Below are positions 38,901 to 49,578 of a stretch of 64,000 nucleotides of DNA, piece after piece. Each line of letters starts with the position of its first letter. The stretch's first letter is position 1. Origin of the DNA: Asterionella formosa (taxonomy: Eukaryota); assembly GCA_002256025.1 (NCBI GenBank), contig NKIB01012585.1:1-64000 (forward strand), read 5' to 3'. The notes under the pieces are model-generated. The model made no database searches, had not been told where the DNA came from, and worked only from the letters and a program-made list of their open reading frames with translations. Position numbers and translations under genes: made by a program.

Positions 38901-40084
38901 GAATTAGATGATGAGACTCTCCTTACTATTTTTCCCAGTTATCCAGTATTTGCGTTCAGGTATAATAAACAAAATCCTTTGGATTACAATCTAATAAATT
39001 CTCGATAGTTGTTGGTTACACAACTTATTGCCAATCATCAAATCAATTCATTAAAATTTCCTTCCATCAATTTCAATGATATACATGTCTTGTGAAGAAT
39101 CCAAGTGACATTTGGAATATCGCTATTCCAACTACTTTTTTGGAAAAATTTTATAAATTGGTCTCATGACTTGTGTACCGCACTATTGAATGCTACAATT
39201 GCTGCCTCAATTGCTGCACTAGTAGAAAAGATTGTGATTACATGCAAAGCATGCCAACGTGCAAAATTACCTGTTACCATTTATGGTGGTGAATTTCCAC
39301 CTCTTATTGGTTTCATGGTCAGAAGCTGCAGTGTCTTTAATTGGTCCATATAAAATAGCATTGGCTGCACAAGCGATTGAATTTCGTGCTCTAACTTGAA
39401 TTGACACAGTCACTGAGTTAGCAGAAATTTCGAGTATCAACAATAAACTATCAGGATATATTGCTCTGAAATTCGACAATAATCGGCTACTAGTAAACAG
39501 CCCGGTATCCCCATCCCAAACGTTATATTCATGATAATGAGGGTGAATTTACTGGTTTTCCAAAGTGACATGATATCAAATTTCCATTGATTACAGGTGT
39601 ACAATTAATATATCGACGTCGACAAGTGTTAGTTGACGAACGACTTTGTCGTGCTAATTTCTGTCGTCGTTCTTGTGATTGCAAAGTTGGCGACGACATT
39701 CTAATCTTATTGGATAATCCAACTACCTTGGATGATCGTGGACGAGGTCCTTATACTATTATTCAAGTTCATGCCAAGCACCAATGGCGCAATCACTTTT
39801 CAACGAAACATGTATATTACTGAACGACTTAACATTCGTCGTATCAAACCTTTCAATCGGTGAAAGGTTTTCCCTTAGTGTGGGAGTGTGAGCAATCCTG
39901 CTCAACTACACATGCACCTATAGGATTAGTGTTACATAGATTATTTCAGAACTCTATCAGGATACAACTCGACTAATACCTATTGAATGCTTTAGTGTCA
40001 ACCTAGGAGAACGAGTTGCACAAAAGGATTAACGAATAAGCTCATATATTCAACAAATACTACTACTTCTGGTTAGATACTTCA
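35980..40084 (+). mobile_element. Heavily degenerate Ty3/gypsy element 2, same family as element 1; RT deleted; flanks GCAGG / TCAGG
   Basis: LTRs at 35980-36183 and 39889-40084, both ending TTAGATACTTCA like element 1. Same post-LTR leader CTTTGAA.TCAAAAAGAGTCCAATTAG. Gag, protease, RNase H and integrase remnants are collinear with element 1 (e.g. KVGDDILILLDNPTTLDDRGRGPYTIIQVHA). Confidence 0.88.
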
Positions 40085-41797
40085 TCAGGTACTCCCTCTG
40101 TCCAATAACAGTTGCATCGATTCGCCGGCACCACTACCCGATAGTGTTCTACCCGTTCTTTTAGGACGGATTACGTGAACAACATAACATTTTCTATGTA
40201 CGTGAGGGTCGGCTTACTCGAAAAAATGAGTTTTTTATGAGTTACATACACGTGAACATAAACTCTGCTTTGTAACTAAATAATTAGCGTCTAAATAAAT
40301 TCATTTACATAGATTTCAAGCAATGCTAATGCATTGATTTTGCTAGTATCATTTATTCATCATCATCATCGCTTTTGTCAAAATGGATGCTTGTTGAGAT
40401 ATCCCAGATCTCCTTGATAGTACTTACATGTCCAGTGTCCAGTACTACTAGTTCTCCACTAGCTAGTTTTCGACAACACTTGAATCTGCTTTTAGATTTG
40501 CCTTTTTTAATATTGTGATTACTTCAGATTACTTTTCTATCAATCCTGCCAAATTCTATCGATCCTGCCAAATTACTTGGTCTTACCATATTGATCTTGT
40601 TTCACGAATCTTACTTTCTTGGATTTGTTCTTCACCTCAATCCAATCTTTCTCATACCTTTGTCATTGCTAGCTACGGATGTGCTCATTTGAATGAAGCG
40701 ACGATCGATTATCGCAGCAATCAACCGAAATCCATGCTGTCGCGTCAATCTATGAAATACTAGCTAGTATGCAGCAAAATTGCAGGTGAACTTTGGGTTG
40801 TAGTATCTTGTGATAGTTGCATGTTGGTAAGCAATGCGACCACAATTCTAACAGCTTGTTGCATGTGTGGATGTGATTTTAAAATAGAATGTTGATGACT
40901 AGATATCATGACAGCCATGAAAATGTTCGTTTCATTATGTAGTCGTCTGATTTATTCTGTTTACCATCCATGCCTACTAGTATGCATAGTGTCATACTTC
41001 TTCGTTTTCGTTGCCAATTCAAGCCCAATTGATTGCCCGCTATCAACGATTAACCACCCTGTTCTTATAGCTAGAAAAATGCCTTCGAATGTGTTCGTCT
41101 ATTATTTACCGACTTCAAGTATTTAAATTCTGGCGTATTCTTGATTGTTGAATTGAATCAAGCTTTCTGGATTATCTATCACCATGTCATGCAAATTTGT
41201 CACTGAGGGGCCACCATTCGTTGCAAGCTGATAATGCAGGTCGGGTTGTTAAAAATTCACACAAATAACATGATTCTTTGGTGGATTTAAGAGATGATTG
41301 AATTCGCTCCATAAGCCTATCATTGAGGCTTCATAAGCGATGCAAGGAGTGCATGAAGCTAGCTAAACTCACAATGTGCAAGATTATTCAAACTAGCTAG
41401 CAGTATGGATAAATCTACTACTAAAGACTACAATGTTAACTTCAAAACTCTGATTTTGAAATTTGGATGCTAATGAATTGCTACTAGCTAGTAGCTAGTT
41501 ATTGAAATGAACAAAGGAATTAATTTGGTTCAAGCAGTCAACCGAAGAATCAGGCCATTGTTGAATGTTGTCAACAATGTTCAACAGAACAAGTAGTACT
41601 GACACTACAAATAGCTAGCTAGCTAGCTATTCATTTCATCTACATTCTATCATTTGGTTGAGGTTGAAATGAAGTGATGTTGAGTCGTAATTTACATATT
41701 GTGCATATACAAGCTATAGTTACAATATTTTTTTGTCATCTGCTCCGCCCTGCAACGTATCATCAGTACTTTTTTTGTATTAGTTATGGATGGGTGT

Positions 41798-42623
41798 AGT
41801 CAGTATACTGGTCATTGTACTAGTAGCTACTAGGAGCAATGCCGGTATATTACCAACAGTAGCGCTAAATCGCTTCTGCCCTGTCCATGACGGCAGCACC
41901 ATACTGCTGAAGCAGCACTTTACTACCAGGTACTACTGGTTTGCACACCGGCTGCCGGCAGGAATTTAGTGATGCTCAGCAGTACCAGGCTTCATACCTG
42001 GTACCTGGTAGTACCTATTACCGGCCATTAGACGATGGTTCTGTGGTACCAGGCAGGTACCATGATGATACTTCAAGCGGGAATTTAGTGATGCTACCAG
42101 ACTGTGTACTGGTATGGTACCAGGTTTTATGCATAGTAGTACTGGTATAATAGCACCAGCACAATGCTGCTGGTACTAAGTAGGCAGGTCTATGGTACCA
42201 GGCTGTACATTCATACACAGCTTACTGTCAGCACCTCTGATCTTGCTACTGGCATTTCTCTACCTTTCCCTTAGGAGTCTGTAGATTCACTACTCAGTCC
42301 ATGGTGCCAACACTTCATTAGTTGCTTCTGGCACTTCCTCACCTTCCTCATTTTGCCAACTAGAATTAAGCTCATATAATTGAAAACATCAGTTTTGTCA
42401 ACCAAATTTACATTCATTTCTTTCTTTCAACCTTGGATCCCTACAAGATCCACCCTTCTTGACCTTCCCACACAGTTTGTCACTTAAGTTCTACACAACC
42501 TTGGATCCTTCTACAATCTGTAATCTTCTGGACCTTTCTCGTATTCATCTACCTTTTTATTATCTTCCATTTAAGACTCAATCTCTTATATAGATCACTA
42601 CATCATCAAGTGATATACTGACT
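41798..42623 (+). repeat. 5' LTR of the copia element (826 bp), terminal inverted repeat AGTCAGTATA/TATACTGACT
   Basis: The first ~75 bp match the sequence after the PPT at 49382. The last 10 bp are the reverse complement of the first 10 and directly precede the PBS. Confidence 0.85.
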
Positions 42624-42634
42624 GGTTACGAGCC
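42624..42634 (+). promoter_or_regulatory. Primer-binding site GGTTACGAGCC (initiator-tRNA anticodon-arm / half-tRNA type)
   Basis: One mismatch from GGTTATGAGCC, the complement of the tRNA-iMet anticodon arm GGCTCATAACC. Position is the same as the GGTTATGGGCCC PBS of Drosophila copia. Confidence 0.7.
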
Positions 42635-43421
42635 TGATTGCGCCTATTTTCTGTGAAATAAAAGCAACCTCTACAAGATCAACACGATCTCAGTCATTTT
42701 CTTTTGTATTACTCAAGGAAATCTTCTTCATAATCCTTCCTTGTCATGTCTGACATTATTCCTGATCCTCTCCCTTTTTCCATGACCATTGACAAAGCTA
42801 TTATGGGAGGCCTCACCATTTGTCCAACCGAAATAGTTGCATGGACTGGTGGTCAACCTAACATTGACTGGACTGGACTGGACTGGACTGACCAATGTCA
42901 AAGCAATCAAGCGTTCTCCCAGCTGCTCTCGTTCAACTAAGTCCAGTGATCAGTCAAGGAACTGGAACTACCGCACAGATCAACCTCTCATTCTGTTTAA
43001 AAAAGATGGCAAGGAACTAGACCTATACTCCTATGGTGTTAAGGTTTTGGCACATCTTGAACTCACAGGTTTGGACTCCATCGTGTATGTCAAGAGTCTC
43101 AGTGATGACACCAATATGGTCAATGTCATCAAGGACTTTGAGCAGGTCACCCTTTCCCATGTCCTTGATGAATCTAAGTACTACAAGAAAAAATTTGATT
43201 CTTATGACCAGGACAATGACACAACTGCTTGCTTGTATCTTGAATCCACACTTGATCCCTCACTCCTCAAGGTACTGGACCTCTGTCAGGAACCAGGTGA
43301 CTTTGCTGCTGTTACCTGGATGCGCATCCTTCATCTGTTGAGCGATTCAACCGAAAGAAAGATGAACTCAAGCAGCTGTCTCCAATTAAGGAAGCTAGTG
43401 AAAGTGTCTCACTTTATGCAA

Positions 43422-44601
43422 ACAGTAGGTAAATCAAATTTTAAAAGTACGTTAAAACTAAGCTAATAATCGCACTTGTGCCTGGATAGACACGGGGGGA
43501 ATATGATAGTAAGTATTAGGGCGGCCAATGATGGGCCCAAGGATGACGTTCCTCCAACCATTCCCTTCGTGGAGTATGTCCCTTCAATGATGGATTGTGT
43601 TTGCGACTTCGATTGTCTTTGTTGTTGATGCAATTGCCCACTGCTTTGGGTTGTCTTAAGTTTTTCATTGTGTGGTTAATTGGGTCAAACGGTGGTGATG
43701 ACTGCTGTGCTGTCTGTGCTAAATTATCATTTGCGGAGTTTTTTGTATTCCATTCATTGTCACTGCTGTGGTTCTTCTTTTTGTAATTGTTGATGTTAAT
43801 GTCTGCTGCCATGTTGTTTGTGGTATTCCATTCATTATAGATGCTGTCGTTCTGATTATTGTTGTTCATGTTAATGTCAGCTGCCACATCGGTTTTTGTA
43901 TTCGATTCATTGTAGTTTTTGTTTTTCTGATGATCATTGGTGTTGTTGCCTTGATGTCAATGCCCACTGCCACGTCGGCTATTGTATTCCATTCATTGTA
44001 GATGTTGTTATTCTGATTGTCATGGTTACAGGTGCTCATGTCCGCCGCCTTGGATTGTCTTGATTCATTCATTGCGTCGTTATACTGTTCATATAGCACT
44101 GGTGACTTTAGAATACCTGTTGCATGATTCTCGTAGTAGTTTTTTGTATTCCATTCACTGGAAATTCTGTGATTTCGATTGTCGTTGTTTTTGATGCTAC
44201 TGCCCGCTACCTTGGATTGCCTTGAATTGTGCATTGTGTCCTTAGTCGGTTTATATGGCGCTGTTGAGTTGTTTGTGAGAATCGTTGCGACTGCATTGTA
44301 GCTGGTTTCATATGAAGGTTCATTCATGAGCAGCAAGTATTCTGCTTCGAAATCAATAGTTTCATGATTGTTTGTCGCCATTCCGCCTGTGTTCGATGAT
44401 TCCCTAAAGGATTTTGCAGCTGCAACATTCAAAGTGGTTTCCATGATCGTCGTTTCCTTGGAGATGGGGGTATCCACCATGGTGGGGAGGAGGCGATGTT
44501 CAACCAAAGCGCTACGTAGCCTTACCCATAGGCTCCTGGTACAACTGAATCTGTAGTAACTTAGTATGTGTTTTCAATTTCCACGTTTGCAGAAATATGT
44601 G
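43422..44601 (-). mobile_element. Unclassified 1180-bp insertion in copia gag with a 13-bp target-site duplication; carries an Asn-rich repetitive ORF
   Basis: TCACTTTATGCAA at 43409-43421 and 44602-44614. Removing the insert and one copy restores gag ...EASESVSLYASKIRRICRD. Minus-strand ORF from ATG 44480 to 43516 with one frameshift. Confidence 0.88.
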
Positions 44602-47600
44602 TCACTTTATGCAAGCAAGATCCGCAGAATTTGCCGTGACTTGAAAATGCCCATCAGTTTGAATGGGTGTTAGTGTTGGCAATCATTAAGGCACTCTGTC
44701 AGGTTTCAGTTGAGAGTTTTCGTGCAATTTGGCATCCCAAGCGTCTTGACCTTGACTCTGCTCTCTCAGACTCAGCCTACCTATCCAAAGATTCAGCCAA
44801 GAGGCTCATGGTAAAAAAGGGTTTTCACTACACAGCTATCCTTGATCTTGCTGAAGAAGCCTACCACTCTCTCTTGGACAATGTTCATTGGTCCCCTGCC
44901 AGCACTGTAAAGGATACTATGCAACAGGCCCCTTCCCTTTTTATGCTGGAATGGACCAAGCATCATTCAATGCCCTTGTTCAAGCAGCCATTGCTGCTAA
45001 ACCTGGTGGTGATGTGCCTGTTCCTCCTCCCAAGCCCACAGATCCTAAGAAGCACAACTGGCGTGAAGTAGCACCCAAGCCTGGAGAGCCAACTGTCAAA
45101 GTTGTTGGTGATAAAAGATTCAACTTCTGTAACAAGTGTCGCAAAGGCCTGGGACTCTGGACCTCAACACACCTTGGATCTACTCATGGAAAACCTCCTA
45201 ATGCGGTTGCTGCTGCTTCTCCTGCTGCCTCCACACCTGCTCCTGCCATTGAAGCACCTGCTATAAGTGCAACCTTGCTGATGTCAAAGATGGATTTGGA
45301 ATTTGTGCAACTCAATTTCGACTTCTTGGGGGTTGTGTGGGCCCCGATCCACTTTCATTTCTTCTTTGGATACTTTGTCAGAGATTGACCCTTTCATTTG
45401 AGTTCCTCCCTCTTATCAGTCTTCTGAATTACAACCATGTCCTTGCTTCCATGGGACCTTGTGTGTGCTTCTGGTTGGTTGTCTTCTCTCAAGTGCTCTG
45501 GCTTCACTTCATGCACTATGCTCATCCCCACCCTCCTGCCAAGCTGCTGCACTGGTCTACACGTCGCCGTTATTATCGACATCAGAAGCAACTCCAGCAA
45601 CCTCTCAGTCTCATGTCAATTGTCTCTCGCTCATATTCACCTCGGCTTCGACAATGCAGGTCTGACTGTATCAGGAAGCCTCCCAAGTTTATCTCAACCA
45701 CTGACCCTGTTCCACAGTCAATTGTTCTCAAGACTTCCCATGTACCTTACTCATCCCAGATTGCAGGTATACAAAGCCTATTCAGATCAAATGTTGAACA
45801 TTGGTGTCATGCTCGGAGTCTTCTCTATACACCAAAAATTGCTGCCAGTAATCCAGTCCCAAGTCCATTTTGTTGTCGTGCCACTATAAGTCCAACTACT
45901 TTTCTTGGGCTCTCCTCAGCAGCACAGTTCTCCTCCATTTGGGACACAGGAGCATCCAGTAAAGTCAGTCACAATATCCAGGACTTTGTTGATGGGATAA
46001 CCCCCTTGGCCACACCTGTTACACTGAAAGGACTAGCAGCAGGATTATCAATTGAAGGTCAAGGCAAGGTCAGGTGGATGGTTCCAGCAGTTGATGGTAC
46101 TCTCCATTGTCTTGAGCTCTCTGCTTACAATACTCCTGGAGCTCACCAAGGACTCCTCAGTTGGCAATCTTATATCCAAGGTTTTGTTGGATCTAAAACT
46201 CAAGCCTATGGTCAAGTTGAGTCTGATCATATTCGTATCTGTGGAGGTGGAGCACCAGACATTGTTGTCCCTTTTTCAACCAACAATAACCTTCCTATCA
46301 GCTATGGATACAATGAAGTGGATGTCAATCGCTGTGCTCAAGAGCTTAACCTCTGTGTTGCCGATTCCATCAATCAAAATCTAACCGAAGCTCAGAAGGA
46401 ACTATTGCGTTGGCACTTTCGTCTTGGCCATCTACACTTTGAATCAATACAATAACTGTTGAGATCAGGAGCCCTTGCAACAAGTGAAGGGCAAAAGAAT
46501 CTGCACCGTTCAGCATCCAACTGTGTCCTACCTCGCTGTGCCTCCTGCCAATTTGGAAAGGCAAAAGGCTGCTGCTCGCGACTCTGGAGTTATTGTTCAA
46601 TCTTACCTTTCAGACAATGGAAAGGCTTTCACTAATAAGGAACATGTTGCAGAATTGGCAGCTTTCAAACAAGTTAGTCACTTTGCTGGAGTAGGTGCCC
46701 ATCATCATAATGGTGTTGCAGAGCGGAACATTCAAACCATTATGTCTATGGCGCGAACTATGATGCTGCATGCTGCCATCCGCTGGTGTGACACTGCTGA
46801 TAATACCCTTTGGCCTATGGCTGTTGATCATGCTGTGTACATTCATAATCATCTCCCTAACAGGAAAAATGGCCTGGCACCTCTTGACATTTCTCAGGCA
46901 CTAAATGGCCCACCCACAAATGCAATGATCTCCAAGTATGGGGATGTCCCGTGTATGTCCTGGATTCTACTATGCATGATGGAAAGAAACATCCTAGATG
47001 GAAAGAACCTTGTTCGCGTCGTGCAGTTTTCTTGGGACTCTCAAAGAAGCATGCCTCCACTGCCCCACTGGTGCTTAATCTGAAGACTGGATAGCTACAT
47101 CAGCCCTCAGTTCCACTGTGTATTTGACTCTTGGTTCTCTACTGTCATTTTAGATCCTGATCGAGTTCCAGACTTAAATGATCCAATTTGGGACAACCTC
47201 TTTGGGCACAGTCATTTCCAATATTTCTTTGATGACTGTGAACCTCCTCCATTGGGTGGTGAATGGAATGAAGATTTTATTGCTCAAGAGCAACATAACA
47301 GGAAAAACTCACTCATTAGAGGCGCCCAAGATGCTCAAGTCCCAGTCTCTGCTCCTGCAGCCACTTCTCCCAGACCTCTGCTACCACCTTCTCATCAGTC
47401 ATTGTTCCCATCGCCTCTGAGGGAGCGTCATCTTTCTATTGATGTTCCATTCACTCCAGCTCTGAGGGAGCCACCTTCGATCCTGACATCTCTGAGGGAG
47501 CCTTCAGGTTTACCTCCCCTGGCTCTGAGGGAGACACCTCCACCAAGGAACCGACAACCCAATCCCGCTCCTGCTCCCATACCCCCTCGTCGCTCTCAGC

Positions 47601-49381
47601 GAAATACAAAAGGTGTTGCAGGCACACGATATGGCGATGAACTTGAATTCAACCACCTCGCTCGTTGCCAAGTTTCCTGATTGGGACCCGCTCGCCACCT
47701 GCATAGATGGTCACCTCAATGATGTCACTTTGGCCGCTTTTGTTGCTTCCTCCAGTGACCCTGACACTCTTCGATATGATGAAGCCATGCGTGATGTTGA
47801 CGCCCTTGAATGGAGGGAGTCCATGCACAAGGAAATCACTTCACTCATCAAACAAGGAACTTGGGAAATTGTCTCAAAATCTTCAGCAACAACCAAAATC
47901 CTACCTGGCACTTGGACTCTTCACCGTAAATGTCACCCAGACGGACGCATCAAATCACTAAAGGCTCGTTGGTGTGCTCGTGGTGACCTCCAAGAACCAA
48001 TGGAAAACAACTTTGCTCCTGTTGTGATGTGGTCTACTGTACGTCTTCTGATGTACTTCACCTTGTTTTTCAAGCTCCACACTCGGTTTATTGATTTCAG
48101 CAATGCCTTTGTTCAAGCTGCCCTCGATGAACCAATTTATGTCCATCTCCCTCGTGGCTATCAGAGTGTTTCTGACCAAGATGTCTGTCTGAAGCTCACC
48201 ATGAGTCTCTATGGCCTGGTGCAAGCCCCTTGTCTCTGGTTCGACCATCTGAAAGCAAAACTTGAAACACGCGGTTTCACTCAAAGTTCCCTCGATCCAT
48301 GTCTTTTCTATTGCAAAACTGCTGTCCTTGTTTGCTATGTGGATGACATTATAATGGCCGGCCCAGACTCTAATGTTCTTGATGCACTTGTGGCTGATCG
48401 CAAAGTCGATGCAGACCTCACTGAAGAAGGTGAACTTGCCGCTTTCTTGGGCATCCAAGTCTCTCACAAAAATGACATCTTCACCTTGACGCAAACTGGT
48501 CTTACTGACCGGATTATCTCTAGTACCTTAGGTCTTGACTCTGCCAACCCAACCTGGAATCCCACCACACAAGAATCGCTGGGGTGTGATGTTTATGGGC
48601 TTGCCATGACTGAAACCTGGAATTATCGATCTGTCATAGGTATGCTTCTTCATTTGAGCAACAACTCTCATCCTGATATTGCCTTTGCGGTTCACCAGTG
48701 TGCTCGATTCTCTTATGCTCCCAAGCAAACCCATCCTCTTGCAATTAAAGCCATTGAACGATACCTCATTCGTACCCGTGACAAAGGTCTCATTCTTCTC
48801 CATCTGGGGATCTTGGGGTTGATTGTTATGTTGATGTGTCAAGTCGCGTACTGGATACCTCATCACTATTGGTGGCTGTCCTCTTACCTGGACCTCAAAA
48901 CTTCAAACTGAAGTTGCCTTGTCCACTATGGAAGCTGAATACATTGCATTGTCCCATTCCATGCGTGAGCTTATTCCTATTCATGACCTTGTTCAGGAAA
49001 TGGCAATTTCTGTGGGACAGTGTCCAAATTTTGAAATACGAACCTATTCTAAGGTCTTTGAGGATAACAATGGGGCTCTCATTCTTGCCTCCTCACCCCG
49101 CACAACACACCGGTCTAAACACATTGCTGTCAAGTACCATTTCTTCCGTTCCCATGTTGCAAATGGACACATTAAAATCAAAAAGATTTCCACCACCAAA
49201 CAAAAGGCAGACATCTTCACCAAAGGACTTGTTGTACACACTGTTTTTGAGTTCATTCGGAAGTTGGTCATGGGGTGGTAGTGTTTACTACTATCCTATG
49301 CATTCCCCCTGTGATACCAATAATATTTGTCTCATTCACTCCTCAATCTTCTTTCAGTTGGTATCTTCGGCTGAGAGGGAG

Positions 49382-49460
49382 AGTCAGTATACTGGTCATT
49401 TGTGTACTAGTAGTAGCTACTAGGAGCAATGCCGGTATATTACCAACAGTAGCGCTAAAT
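49382..49460 (+). repeat. Truncated 3' LTR of the copia element (79 bp)
   Basis: Matches 41798-41870 up to GCGCTAAAT, then diverges completely. Confidence 0.9.
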
Positions 49461-49578
49461 GCAGCATTGCTTCGAAAATTCTATTTGATCTTATTGCCTT
49501 CGTTTATATTCAGTTGACCGGAACCCCTCGTCATATACAGTAGAATATTTATATATATTTTGAGGGCAAAAGTAGACA

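Larger units (their letters stand above)
41798..49460 (+). mobile_element. Ty1/copia (CoDi-type) LTR retrotransposon, inactivated, with AG...CT LTR ends, a truncated 3' LTR and a nested insertion
   Basis: 5' LTR 41798-42623, PBS 42624-42634, gag from 42746 (CNKC...H...H knuckle), protease IWDTGAS, GAG-pre-integrase LLRWHFRLGH, integrase SDNG...HHHNGVAER, RT KARWCARGD...SLYGL...YVDD, RNase H STMEAEY...EDN...ADIFTKGL, PPT GAGAGGGAG 49373-49381, 3' LTR start 49382-49460. Confidence 0.93.

Noticed and set aside
40195..41760. Possible TIR DNA-transposon remnant between gypsy 2 and the copia
   Set aside because: End similarity (TACGTGAGGGTCGG vs TACGTTGCAGGGCGG) is weak, with no TSD or transposase motif recognised.
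41795..41797. TGT just before the copia 5' LTR as a canonical TG start
   Set aside because: The 3' LTR copy has GAG (PPT) at these positions, and the LTR end has no matching ACA. The inverted repeat pairs exactly from 41798.
42866..42892. (GACTG)n run in copia gag as a programmed frameshift signal
   Set aside because: More simply a microsatellite expansion in a dead element that has many other frameshifts.
43740..44160. Regularly spaced GTATTCCATTCATT repeats resembling a CRISPR array
   Set aside because: The spacers are homologous to each other, the repeats are in-frame peptide repeats, there are no cas genes, and the context is eukaryotic.
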